This document shows positions 1-9,807 of a DNA stretch of 32,000 nt, piece by piece. The position numbers and the translations under genes were made by a program. Below the pieces are notes generated by a model. It saw nothing but the letters and a program-made list of their open reading frames with translations. It did no database searches and had not been told where the DNA came from. This DNA comes from Desulfotalea psychrophila LSv54 (lineage in GTDB: Bacteria > Desulfobacterota > Desulfobulbia > Desulfobulbales > Desulfocapsaceae), in assembly GCF_000025945.1 (NCBI RefSeq), contig NC_006138.1, forward strand, positions 210,001-242,000. The letters run 5' to 3'. How positions within the stretch are numbered: the stretch's first letter is position 1; every line of letters starts with the position of its first letter.

Positions 1-561
1 GGAACCCGGACCGAACAAAATCTACTCAAATCCTTTGCCGGTGAAAGCCAGGCAAGAAATCGCTACACCTACTTTGCCAGTATCGCTCGCAAGGAAGGCT
101 ATGTACAGATTGGTGACATCTTTGAAGAGACATCCAATCAAGAAAAAGAACATGCCAAACGTTTTTTTAAATTTCTAGAGGGTGGCAATGTAGAGATAAC
201 GGCAAGCTTCCCTGCCGGAAGACTCGGTAACACCTCCGATAACCTTCTGGCAGCAGCAGAGGGTGAATTCGAAGAGCACTCCTCCCTCTATCCCGGCTTT
301 GCCAAAATCGCCAGTGAAGAGGGCTTTGAAGAGATTGCCGCAGCCTGGTTGGCCATCTCCGTTGCTGAAAAACAACATGAGAAACGCTACCGTGACCTAT
401 TGGCCAACATCAAGAGCAGCCAGGTCTTTGAACGAGCCACGGAGCAAAGCTGGCGCTGCCGTAACTGTGGCTATATCCACCATGGAACCCAAGCCCCTGA
501 ACTCTGTGCAGCCTGCCTTCACCCCAAGGCCCACTTTGAAATACTAGGCGAAAACTGGTAG
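1..561 (+). CDS. rbr: Rubrerythrin (5' truncated by window edge)
   Basis: Frame 1 is open from base 1 to TAG at 559-561; translation GTRTEQNLLKSFAGESQARNRYTYFASIARKEGY...AVAEKQHEKRY-type diiron four-helix motifs and C-terminal rubredoxin-like CRNCGY...CAACLHPKAHFE. Confidence 0.95.
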   Translation, partial: GTRTEQNLLKSFAGESQARNRYTYFASIARKEGYVQIGDIFEETSNQEKEHAKRFFKFLEGGNVEITASFPAGRLGNTSDNLLAAAEGEFEEHSSLYPGFAKIASEEGFEEIAAAWLAISVAEKQHEKRYRDLLANIKSSQVFERATEQSWRCRNCGYIHHGTQAPELCAACLHPKAHFEILGENW

Positions 562-649
562 GTTCAGCTAAACACAGCCACAAGGACCGGGGAGACGAAA
601 ATCCCCGGTCCACCCCTTTCAGACCTACCCCAGCCCGACCCTAAAAAGC

Positions 650-1444
650 CTACTCAACCATGACCTGAAGCTCGACCAAAAACTCCTGCTCATCTGCCAC
701 GGCAAAGGCCCCCAGTAACATCTTTTCAAGGCAGGGACCAATCGCCCGCAGCCCAAACTTATCCAAATACGCATAGAGCTGTAGCCAGGATGCTGGCAAC
801 TCGCCATAGGGACCCTTATGATAAAGATAGGCATAGTTCCCCCCGGGCATAGATTCTGCTGCCCTCCCAGGCCTAGGCACCTCCACCGCCACCCCCTTAA
901 ATAGCTCAACCTCATCCTTCGGCTCGACAAAGATCAACAGGTCATTTATCTCCAATTTCTGGTCGGGCAGGGAGGCGTTGATGAGCTTCTTGATGGCCAC
1001 CTCCAAGGAGTAAAGGTCAAAGGGAGGTAAAACTGGCTCAGCTACAATATGCCTCTTCGGCAAGACCTTGACCCCCATTTCAAAGGGGATCAAGGCATTA
1101 TTTGCCCTCATCGACTCTATTATTGCCTTAAGATGCCTGTCGGTCTGCCTAAGTTGTTCCATCTTCTCCTGAATAAGCTGTTCCTGCCCCTCCAGCTTCT
1201 CCATACGCTCCTCAATAGAGGAGGTGTCCAGATAGTCCTTAATCTCCTTGAGGGAGATACCCAGATTTTTCAGATAGAGAACCAGCTCCAGCTCCTCAAA
1301 TTGATCCAGGGTATAGTACCTGTAGCCGCTGAGCCTGCACTTCTCCCTTGGCTGCAAGAGGTTGATCTTATCGTAATAGAGCAGGGTCTGCTTAGAAATA
1401 CCATGCAGGCGCGCCATCTCCCCTGCCATAAATCTTATCTCCAT
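650..1444 (-). CDS. MerR-family transcriptional regulator with C-terminal effector-binding (GyrI-like/BmrR-like) domain
   Basis: N-terminal MAGEMARLHGISKQTLLYYDKINLLQPREKCRLSGYRYYTLDQFEEL HTH motif, coiled coil, then C-terminal effector-domain-like sequence. Confidence 0.88.
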   Translation of the reverse strand: MEIRFMAGEMARLHGISKQTLLYYDKINLLQPREKCRLSGYRYYTLDQFEELELVLYLKNLGISLKEIKDYLDTSSIEERMEKLEGQEQLIQEKMEQLRQTDRHLKAIIESMRANNALIPFEMGVKVLPKRHIVAEPVLPPFDLYSLEVAIKKLINASLPDQKLEINDLLIFVEPKDEVELFKGVAVEVPRPGRAAESMPGGNYAYLYHKGPYGELPASWLQLYAYLDKFGLRAIGPCLEKMLLGAFAVADEQEFLVELQVMVE

Positions 1445-1462
1445 TGTTCCTCCACAATTGTC

Positions 1463-1493
1463 TTGACCATATAGTTACTATATACCGTATAAG
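1463..1493 (+). promoter_or_regulatory. MerR-type promoter: TTGACC - 19 bp spacer - TATAAG with 15-nt palindrome ATATAGT-T-ACTATAT in the spacer
   Basis: Read directly: TTGACC 1463-1468, spacer 1469-1487 (19 nt), TATAAG 1488-1493; perfect 7-bp inverted repeat at 1469-1483. Lies between divergent MerR regulator and MATE genes. Confidence 0.75.
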
Positions 1494-1540
1494 GGTGTCT
1501 CATCAGCAGGGCAACCTTTATCCGCATAGGGGAATTTTTA

Positions 1541-2941
1541 ATGAACAGCTTCTTCAGTCGACCATGGTCGAAATTTGATTTTATAAAATTTGTCACACCA
1601 TCAATCCTCAGTTTAGTCTCCATCTCCCTCTATATGGCGGTGGACGCTATTTTTATCTCCCGCTTCATCGGCACCCTGGCCATGGCAGCGGTGAACATCA
1701 TCATGCCGCTCTTCAGCATTTCCATAGGAATAGGGGTGATGGTAGCCACGGGAGCCAGCGCCACCATTGGCATAGAACTCGGCCAGGGGAAACGTGACAG
1801 AGCCAACGCTCACTTCTCTTTTGTATTTTGTTTTCTCTTCCTTGTTTTCATAGGCCTGATTATCTCTCAATGGGCCATTGGCCCGGAAAGACTGGCGCTC
1901 TGGCTCGGGGCGAGCAAGCTGCTACTGCCATACTGTGTCCAGTATCTCAACATCTTTCTCTTTGGAATCAGCGCCCTTGTTCTGCAGATGTTTTTCGAGT
2001 TTTTCATGAGGCTTGACGGCAAGCCCTCTTGGGCCCTCTACAGCTCCCTGCTGGGCGGAGCGACCAATATCCTGCTCGACTATATCCTGATTGTCAGATA
2101 TGGCATGGGGGTTGACGGGGCAGCTATTGCCTCCTGTGCCGGTATTTTTATCTCCTGCCTCAACGGAGCTATCTACTTCCTCTTTAAGGCCAAAACACTC
2201 AGGTTTATTCGCCCCCTCATCGACTGGCCATTCCTCTTTAGGTCAATGTTCAATGGCTTTTCAGAGATGGTAACAGAGATTGCCGCTGCCGTCCAAACCC
2301 TGGTATTCAACTATCTTATGCTAGGATATGCCGGTGAAGCAGGAGTTGCCGCCATGTCAATTCTCATGCATCTCTACTTCCTTATGTCATCCCTCTATAT
2401 AGGTCTGGGAATGGGGGTCAGCCCACTTATCAGCTTCAACTATGGCTGTAGAAATCCGGGCAAGATCAGTGAACTGCTCACAAGGGCCATCCAGCTAACC
2501 CTCTTCTTTGCCCTCTTCTCCTTTGCCATGGCCTTTTGCTTCGGTGATAACCTCATCCAAATCTTCGCCAAAGGCCAAGTCTCCGTGGTGCACATTGCCG
2601 AGGGCGGAATTAAAATAATCGCCTTCAGCTTTCTCCTCAACGGCATGAATATCCTCGCCTCGGCCTTTTTCACCTCGGTCAATAACGGCAAGATCTCAAC
2701 CCTAATCTCAAGCCTGCGTACCTTTGTTTTCATCCTGGGTTTTGCCCTACTCCTCCCGCCCCTTATAGGCGTTACCGGCATCTGGCTCTCCCTGCCCATG
2801 GCCGAACTGAGCACCCTCCTGATAAGCCTGTTTTTTATGAAGAAGTACCGACAGCACTATCTCCTTCCTGCCACGACAGGGGAGGTAAAGGAAAAAAACT
2901 CTATGCAACTGATTAAAAAGAAGGAAAAAGAAGAGGCATAA
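1541..2941 (+). CDS. MATE-family multidrug efflux transporter
   Basis: 466-aa ORF, multi-TM; MATE-like sequences such as GTLAMAAVNIIMPLFSISIGIGVMVATGASATIGIELGQG and GMGVSPLISFNYG; divergent from MerR regulator. Confidence 0.9.
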   Translation: MNSFFSRPWSKFDFIKFVTPSILSLVSISLYMAVDAIFISRFIGTLAMAAVNIIMPLFSISIGIGVMVATGASATIGIELGQGKRDRANAHFSFVFCFLFLVFIGLIISQWAIGPERLALWLGASKLLLPYCVQYLNIFLFGISALVLQMFFEFFMRLDGKPSWALYSSLLGGATNILLDYILIVRYGMGVDGAAIASCAGIFISCLNGAIYFLFKAKTLRFIRPLIDWPFLFRSMFNGFSEMVTEIAAAVQTLVFNYLMLGYAGEAGVAAMSILMHLYFLMSSLYIGLGMGVSPLISFNYGCRNPGKISELLTRAIQLTLFFALFSFAMAFCFGDNLIQIFAKGQVSVVHIAEGGIKIIAFSFLLNGMNILASAFFTSVNNGKISTLISSLRTFVFILGFALLLPPLIGVTGIWLSLPMAELSTLLISLFFMKKYRQHYLLPATTGEVKEKNSMQLIKKKEKEEA

Positions 2942-2949
2942 TAAACAAA

Positions 2950-2970
2950 GGGGCAAGAAGAGACTGCCCC
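2950..2970 (-). terminator. Possible intrinsic terminator for the minus-strand radical SAM gene
   Basis: GGGGCA (2950-2955) / TGCCCC (2965-2970); on the minus strand the stem is followed by TTTGTTTATTAT. Confidence 0.4.
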
Positions 2971-3004
2971 CCCTAAAGCAAGAGGGGACAGGGTTTAGCA
3001 GAGA

Positions 3005-3943
3005 TCAGTGGTGCTTAACCAGGTAAAATTCGCCCCTCTCCTTAGTGAGGGTATAAACCTTGTCCTCTTGCTGGAGACGATCAAGGGCCAGCAAGAGCTC
3101 TTCATCGGTACACTCTATTGTCTGCAGAATATCCTTTTCGGTACAGGGCCTCCTGACAATCATTTCTAAAACAGCATCGGCAAGATCACCACTCACCTTA
3201 GCCCTCTGCTTTGATCTTTTAGCAGAGGAGGGAATGGTGATATTGGTAAAGCCAAAATATGCCGCAATCGCCTCTAACTCCTCCGCAGTGGCTGCCCGGA
3301 TATTTTTTACCACTCCGGGACGGTCAAGGGTATTAAGCTGGACCGTATCGGGACCAATAAGGATACAGCTGGCCTTCAGGGCCGCAAGACTCTCCTCGTC
3401 ATCATTGACGCCGGGCAGGATAAGAATTTCCAGATCCATCTTACCGGAAAACTCCTCTTTAAAAAGCCGTATCCCCTCAATATGAGTATCCAAATCAAGG
3501 GTGGCAAGAGGCCTGTTAATCCTCCGAAAAGAGTCCCATGTCGCTGCATCAAGAGAGGGAATAACAAGGTCTGCCCCCATCAGTTCGCGACGAACAGCAG
3601 GGTTTGAGAAAAGGGTGCCATTGGTAAGAACAGCAACCTTAACATTGGGTTTCTGGGCCTTAATAAATTCAATGGTGTCACCAATACGTGAACTGAGGGT
3701 CGGCTCCCCTGAGCCGGAGAAGGTGATATAATCAGGATCGGGATTATTGGCAAAATAGTCCAGCAACTCCTCCTTTACCTTTTCATGGGAGACATACTCT
3801 TTCCTCTCCCCCGTCAGCACCGTTGTCCTGCCACTCTCACAGTATATACAGTCAAGAGAGCACACCTTATGCCTCACCAAATCTACCCCAAGTGAGGTGC
3901 CCAAACGCCGCGAGGCTATTGGCCCAAACAAATGATCATACAT
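3005..3943 (-). CDS. Radical SAM protein of the COG0731-like type
   Basis: CxxxCxxC motif (KVCSLDCIYCESG), FSGSGEPTL glycine-rich motif, ILPGVND; C-terminal extension resembling a small winged-helix region. Confidence 0.85.
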   Translation of the reverse strand: MYDHLFGPIASRRLGTSLGVDLVRHKVCSLDCIYCESGRTTVLTGERKEYVSHEKVKEELLDYFANNPDPDYITFSGSGEPTLSSRIGDTIEFIKAQKPNVKVAVLTNGTLFSNPAVRRELMGADLVIPSLDAATWDSFRRINRPLATLDLDTHIEGIRLFKEEFSGKMDLEILILPGVNDDEESLAALKASCILIGPDTVQLNTLDRPGVVKNIRAATAEELEAIAAYFGFTNITIPSSAKRSKQRAKVSGDLADAVLEMIVRRPCTEKDILQTIECTDEELLLALDRLQQEDKVYTLTKERGEFYLVKHH

Positions 3944-4102
3944 CCTCTTCTCCTCTAAAAAATACTCACTTTATCCGTTTCCCAGCAAAGACAAGCAACA
4001 TCCTGCCCCCCGGGAGATCCCTCTATATTTTCTCATATAAAGGGTAACACTACAAATAACTACTTAGACAGAGGCAAAACCAGATCGGTCACGCCTCTAC
4101 CA

Positions 4103-4987
4103 TCAGATTTTTCTGGGATCATGATTCGCCGTAAAAATACCCGAGACAATCAATAACACACTACAGAGATGAACAGAGGTAATTGCCTCTCCCAAGATAA
4201 GATAGGCAGCAGTGCCACTGAATATCGGCAGGGAGTAGTATATCATGCCCGCCCTTACCGGGCCAATCACCAAAATGGCCTTATTCCACAAGGCAAAGGC
4301 AGTCAGCGAGGCAAAGACGCCCAGATAAAGAATGGCTCCCAGAGTACTGGCGCTGAAGCTTACGGGCGGGCTGGTACAATAATCCCAGATAAAAAACGGG
4401 GTGAGAAAGAACAGGCCAAGCGCAAAAGTTGAGAGCTGAAATGCCCAGATACTCAATTTTCTCGGTTTATACTTCAAGAGGATGCTATAGAGACCAAAAA
4501 ACATGGCAGCGGCAAGCATCCACAGATCACCAATGGCAAAGGAGATCCGGAGAAGTCTCGCCAGCTCCCCCCCGGTAATGAGCAGAACCACCCCCACGGC
4601 AACCAAGAGAATACCCAAAGATTTATGCAGGGTAATTTTCTCGGCAAAGAGGAGGCGGGAGAAGATAACGATAAATATGGGAGCAGTAATAGAGATCAGG
4701 GAGAGATTAATGGCCGTGGTGGTATGTCCTGCCACATAGATCATAGTATTAAAGATGGTCACCCCGACAAGAGAGGTCAGGCAGAGATAGGGCAGATGCA
4801 ACTTCAACTCCTGCCACTCCCTCAGGAGCGGACGAATACCTATGGGGAGAAGGACCAGCAAGGCCACCGCCCAACGGTAGTAGGCAAGGCTGATAGGAGA
4901 GAGCGTCTCACTGAGGCCACGGGCTATGATAAAATTACCGGACCAAATGGCCGTGGCACCAATGGCAAAGAGATAGCCCCAAAGCAT
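4103..4987 (-). CDS. EamA/DMT-superfamily transporter (start codon uncertain, ORF open to 5080)
   Basis: Two EamA-like halves with around 10 TM segments: MLWGYLFAIGATAIWSGNFIIARGLSETLSPISLAYYRW...LGAILYLGVFASLTAFALWNKAI..GPVRAGMIYYSLPIFSG. Confidence 0.85.
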   Translation of the reverse strand: MLWGYLFAIGATAIWSGNFIIARGLSETLSPISLAYYRWAVALLVLLPIGIRPLLREWQELKLHLPYLCLTSLVGVTIFNTMIYVAGHTTTAINLSLISITAPIFIVIFSRLLFAEKITLHKSLGILLVAVGVVLLITGGELARLLRISFAIGDLWMLAAAMFFGLYSILLKYKPRKLSIWAFQLSTFALGLFFLTPFFIWDYCTSPPVSFSASTLGAILYLGVFASLTAFALWNKAILVIGPVRAGMIYYSLPIFSGTAAYLILGEAITSVHLCSVLLIVSGIFTANHDPRKI

Positions 4988-5447
4988 CTCCCTCCTACGT
5001 TCCTTCTCAATCAAGACAGCTCCCCTTATCATTAAAATCCTGAACATGGATCTCCATGATCCATGCAAGGGCAACTTCAAGAATTAGCAATTTCAATAAG
5101 AATCCAAGCATATGATTTTTAGCACAGACATTGTCAATATCAGAGTCTACCCTTACCTCCGAGGATAAAAATCGTATAGCGAAGAGACTTGAAGAAAGGG
5201 CCTTCAAGATTCCCTAAGAAGTTAGTACTCACCAATGGCTTAGCAAGTCAAGCATCTCTTTATTTTTCAAAGTAATTATAGGGCAGCACGGGCCTCACCC
5301 CACCTTGATCTGCTCGACGGAGACTACCTGCAGAGACGGTGGATAACAAAGGGGCAGGATAGAACCACAGGTTTTCGGGACCGTTGCCATGGCAGGATAT
5401 GGGCGTTGCCCATTGTCAGCTCTGAAGAGCCCCTGGCTGGCAAAAGA

Positions 5448-5876
5448 CTAAAGGCCCAGCACGTAGGACCTGTAAATATAAACCCCGGTATATATCTGCG
5501 AGAGGGCAAGGAGGACAATAAGAGTATTACATATTCCATGGAGAAGGGGAAGCACCCTGCGCCTCCTCTTACTACTATCCATATAAGCGCCGGAACCCAG
5601 GCCAAAGAGGATAAGCGGCAGTAAAGAAAGGGCGACAAAGGCATGGGCGCCGGTAATCAAAACGTCCCCCCAGCTTACCCTGACGACATAGAGCCCGCCC
5701 AACATGCCGAGAAAAAGAAGGACCAGGGCAATAGCGCCAACACGAACATGCAACTGCCAATTAAAGTGGATCTTCTTCTCCAAGTGCATCAGCAAAAAAC
5801 GGGGGATGCCAAGACTCAGGGCATAGAGGGCAGTAAGGATGGCCAGGGACTGAAGTATTGGGTGAAAAATAAACAC
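5448..5876 (-). CDS. Small four-TM cytochrome b561-like / DUF4079-like membrane protein
   Basis: 142-aa hydrophobic ORF with TM-proximal histidines (QLHVRVG, ITGAHAFV, LPLLHGICN), immediately downstream of the P460-like gene on the same strand. Confidence 0.55.
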   Translation of the reverse strand: MFIFHPILQSLAILTALYALSLGIPRFLLMHLEKKIHFNWQLHVRVGAIALVLLFLGMLGGLYVVRVSWGDVLITGAHAFVALSLLPLILFGLGSGAYMDSSKRRRRVLPLLHGICNTLIVLLALSQIYTGVYIYRSYVLGL

Positions 5877-5969
5877 GGGATGGCTCTCCTTAAACGCTCA
5901 CAGGGCTTCCGCCCCAGGACATGGATATGCTGAAAAAGCTGGCGCTATTCAACATTTGACCAGGACAGT

Positions 5970-6443
5970 CTACTGCAGTTCATGGACAAAAATATAGTCG
6001 TTGTCCGCCCGGGCAGAGTGACAATTTATACAACCCCTTACCTTCCCGAATTTAGCAGCCTTACCGCTTGGCGAATACTTTGCCCACAGCCAGTCACCAG
6101 CAACAGGATTCGCATCCTGCACCTTATACATCACCGTAATCGCCTTAAGCTTTTTATCCTTTCCATAATTCTCCTTAACCACAATAGCACCGTAGTGGCC
6201 AGGCACATGCTCCGACGTCAGGGCCTGGTCATTAACATAGACCTTATGAAATGGTCCATGGGGTGCCCGCCCCGGCTGCATTCCCTTATGATCCGGCCAA
6301 AAGGACCAATTCTTGTAAGACGACTCCTTGCTTATTTTTTTCCAAAGTCCATCGGCAGTAGCAGAGGGCATATGGGCAGAGGCAAGGCTGGCACAGAGGC
6401 TACAGGTAAAGATAACAATGAGACAGGCGATGATCTTCTTCAT
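5970..6443 (-). CDS. Cytochrome P460-family periplasmic c-type cytochrome
   Basis: Sec signal peptide MKKIIACLIVIFTCSLCASLASA; YKNWSFWPDHKGM..PHGPFHKVYVN, AIVVKENYG; C-terminal CINCH heme c motif (CxxCH). Confidence 0.85.
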   Translation of the reverse strand: MKKIIACLIVIFTCSLCASLASAHMPSATADGLWKKISKESSYKNWSFWPDHKGMQPGRAPHGPFHKVYVNDQALTSEHVPGHYGAIVVKENYGKDKKLKAITVMYKVQDANPVAGDWLWAKYSPSGKAAKFGKVRGCINCHSARADNDYIFVHELQ

Positions 6444-6601
6444 ATGATGCTCCCTGAAAATAAAAGAAAGAGGCTGATCCCTTAAAAAAGAGTGAACAGT
6501 TCATCATATGATAACAGCGACAAAAAAGTCAAAAGAGGATGGGAAGGAGATCGGTAGCAGGGCAGGCAGGAGAGTGCCGACGCACCTGATCGGCCCGCCC
6601 C

Positions 6602-7693
6602 TTAAAACCCCTCGGCTATCTTAAGAGAAAAGCCCCCCACCTTTTTAGCCTCATACATGGCCTTATCAGCCTCCTTCACCAGTGTATCAGCATCATGGCT
6701 ATTGGCCGTGTCAGAGATGGCTATGCCCATACTGCAGGAGACGCCGGTTCCGACAAGAGATTTTTCTAATTCCTTGCAGAGCCGCTGACAGACCTTCTCT
6801 GCCTCCTTGAGGGTACTTTCCGGCAGAATGATGCAAAATTCATCGCCACCATAACGAGCGCAGAGCTCATTATCCCGAAGAGACGCCTTCATAGAATTGG
6901 CCACCATCACCAGCACCTCATCTCCGCGCCTATGCCCTTCGCTATCATTAAGCGCCTTAAACTTATCCAGATCAAAATAGATGAGGACCGTACAGTAACC
7001 TCGGCGCTGAGCACGTGCCAGTTCACGCCTCAGTTCAGAATAAAAGGCGTGTTGATTCAACAACTTAGTCAGGCCATCATGTCGAGCCTGCTCCTTTAGA
7101 AGCTTTGTTCGCTCTGAAATAACCTCTTCAAGGGATTCAGCATACTCCTCCAATTCCCTCTTACTTCTCTTGGTTTCCTCCATGAGACTATTGATATAGG
7201 TATCAAAGGTAAGGGAGAGATCAAACATTATAATTTTCTCTACGGCTCTTAAGTTACGCACACATGCCTGACAATCATTACTGCTGTTTTTAGTGATAAT
7301 TTCACGCAGTATTGTCAACAGAGTATGGATGGCTGAAATATAAAATTTGGGTTCCACCCCTATTCTCTTATGCACCACCCCAACCCGTAGTCGGGAGTGA
7401 ACGTACTCCTCATCATACTGACCTGCAAAGAGGGTCTTAATATAGGAACGTTGATAATTTTTCAGGCGACGAAGGGTTTCTGCGTCACCGATAACACCAT
7501 CCATCTCATCAAAGGGAATAACTCTTTCATAAAAGGCTTCCACTATTTCTTCAATATTTTCAGAGACAACTTCTTTTAACGAGACTAATACCTGCACATC
7601 TTCATCTGTAAAAAAAAGATACTCTTTGCGCCGTTCAATTTCACGACTGGTAACCTTAAGCTGTTCAATAAGGGTATAGTTGGTAGCTTTCAT
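6602..7693 (-). CDS. Globin-coupled sensor (protoglobin-like) diguanylate cyclase
   Basis: N-terminal globin-sensor signature VGVVHKRIGVEPKFYISA (candidate proximal His) and C-terminal GGDEF domain (DGLTKLLNQHAF..., ARYGGDEFCIILPES). Confidence 0.92.
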   Translation of the reverse strand: MKATNYTLIEQLKVTSREIERRKEYLFFTDEDVQVLVSLKEVVSENIEEIVEAFYERVIPFDEMDGVIGDAETLRRLKNYQRSYIKTLFAGQYDEEYVHSRLRVGVVHKRIGVEPKFYISAIHTLLTILREIITKNSSNDCQACVRNLRAVEKIIMFDLSLTFDTYINSLMEETKRSKRELEEYAESLEEVISERTKLLKEQARHDGLTKLLNQHAFYSELRRELARAQRRGYCTVLIYFDLDKFKALNDSEGHRRGDEVLVMVANSMKASLRDNELCARYGGDEFCIILPESTLKEAEKVCQRLCKELEKSLVGTGVSCSMGIAISDTANSHDADTLVKEADKAMYEAKKVGGFSLKIAEGF

Positions 7694-8638
7694 TTATCTC
7701 TCCCTGGGTTTTTATTGATAGCGCAGGCACTGCCCCCTCAACCGGAGCCAACCCGGCGTGCCATGCCACAGCCACTGCATGAAGCAAGAATCTATCAAAC
7801 TATATCAAGCATCTCTATGACATACAATTAATCTCTCCTGCGCGACACTGGCTGTCTTGGCGGAATGAGTCAACTGACGCCCCACAAAGTGGCCAACGGT
7901 GCCACGCCCCAAATGCTCTACACCCGCCTCCAACCCCACCAAGCGCCAATCACCCTCAGCCATGACAGATGGCAAGTACCGCCTACAAAAGGGCGTTACA
8001 GCTACAGGCTCAACCGCCACAGACAGTGCCATCTATTTCAGCAAACTCTTGGGCCAAAACACTGCTAGACAAAACAGAAGGGCTTCTATTCCTGACCTGA
8101 GTCCTTAATTTTCGAATCCTTTCTGCGTAGGTATTCAAGATCTTGGCAAGGTTGGTGCCAAATTTTAATGTTTTTCAACTCAGGAAATATTTCAATCCAG
8201 TCAGAGCTCATTTACGGGTCGCCTTAGTGGACAAATAATCTTGAGTGCCTGCGGGGGTGAGAGTGTGCAGAGATGGAAAAGCTCATTGATTTGATGTGTT
8301 TTTTTATGATACAAACCATAGTGGGTGCTCGTCGAAAGTTGAGTCAGCGGAGGTGGTATTCCCGGCAAAAACATTCTCTGAGTCAGCTTGCATTGCCAAA
8401 GACAAGCTAACTACTTGATTGAGCTTTTCGATAAAGGCAGAGACCAAGGTACTCTCGTCTTGATTGAAGCCATAACGCTTACAAAATCTGGATAATAACG
8501 CAGCCATTCTAAATAAGAACAGGGGTGTTCACAGGGCAGACCTTTCTGCACAATAAAGGCTGTAAATTAATCGGTGAGGTTAGAAGAAATCCGGATAATA
8601 ATTTGTTGATTTTCTCACCAAAAACCGCGGGGGATTAG

Positions 8639-9440
8639 ATGGAATTTAACAGTAACATCAGATCATTAGGCTTGGCAGTGCTGTTGTTGGCAACACATAG
8701 CACATCTTACGCGCAGAGCAATGCCGACCTTGCCAAGGCAGCACAAAACCCGGTTGCAAAAATGATTAGCCTGCCCTTTCAGTACAATATCAATACTGGA
8801 ATAGGCCCCGATAACGAAACACAAAGCATTCTTAATATACAGCCCGTATTGCCGATATCACTGAACGACGAATGGAATATCGTTACCCGAACCATACTAC
8901 CAATAATGTCTCAGCCTGATACTCTTACGGACGAGGGTCGAATCAACGGCCTTGGAGACACGACTTTTACCGCTTTCTTGTCTCCGGCAAAACCTGACGC
9001 TCTCATCTGGGGAGCTGGGCCTGTATTTCTTTTACCTACTGCAACAGACGACAAACTGGGCTCCGACAAATGGGGGGCAGGAGTATCTGCAGTAATACTG
9101 GCTATGCCAGGTCATTGGGTAATTGGATCATTAGTCAGCAATGTCTGGTCTATTGGCGGTTCAGGCAACCAAGATGTCACTCTTTTTACCTCCAGTACTT
9201 CATTATTATAACCTCCCAAATTCTTGGTCCCTGACCCTGGCACCAATCATTACCGCAAACTGGAAAGCTGATAACGACAACCAATGGCCAGTACCCTTTG
9301 GTGGTGGTGTGGGAAAAATTTTCAAAATAGGCGAACAGCCTGTTAACGTACAGGTCAGTGCTTACAAGAATGTGATAACCCCTGACTTAGGAGCCGACTG
9401 GCAATTCAGAGTACAGTTCCAATTACTTTTTCCAGAGTAA
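8639..9440 (+). pseudogene. Outer-membrane/transporter-like protein (family often annotated 'transporter' or 'neuromedin U'), disrupted by frameshifts
   Basis: ORF 8639-9211 (signal peptide, ADLAKAAQNPVAKMISLPFQYN.TGIGPDNETQSILNIQPVLPI) and ORF 9141-9440 (YNLPNSWSLTLAPIITANWKADNDNQWPVPFGGGVGKIFKIGEQPVNVQVSAY) look like consecutive parts of one protein. Adding one T at 9183-9187 and one base near 9204-9208 restores LFYLQYFINYNLP. Confidence 0.7.
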
Positions 9441-9807
9441 ATAGCACAAGCGAGACAACAGCTAACAAGGCAAGTGCACGTTGCACAATAGACCCAATTA
9501 TATTTTTCTTACAGCCCCGGAGACAATAGGGCCAATCGGCAAAGCCCCCCATGCCGAAACCAGAGCAAGCTCAAGGTAATCGCAAGAGACACTCTTGAGT
9601 TACCAATATGAATCAGGCATGCAAGGAAATGATGGCGAGAGTTTTGCTTTTAGCTGACAAAAGGTGCTAACCTCAGTTGATGTCTGCCAACATAAAAAGA
9701 TAAGAACGACACAAAAGCAGGACAACGGTTGGCCCATCCTGAATCTGGCATCGCCATTTTTGTTTCATTAATCAGTTTTTATTACTAATTTTAAGAGAGA
9801 GAGGATT

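Noticed and set aside
5081-5447. Possible gene or structured RNA after the small membrane cytochrome gene (ORFs 5324-5644 - and 5406-5624 +)
   Set aside because: ORFs overlap the membrane protein gene and show no family; no known RNA consensus could be recognised by eye.
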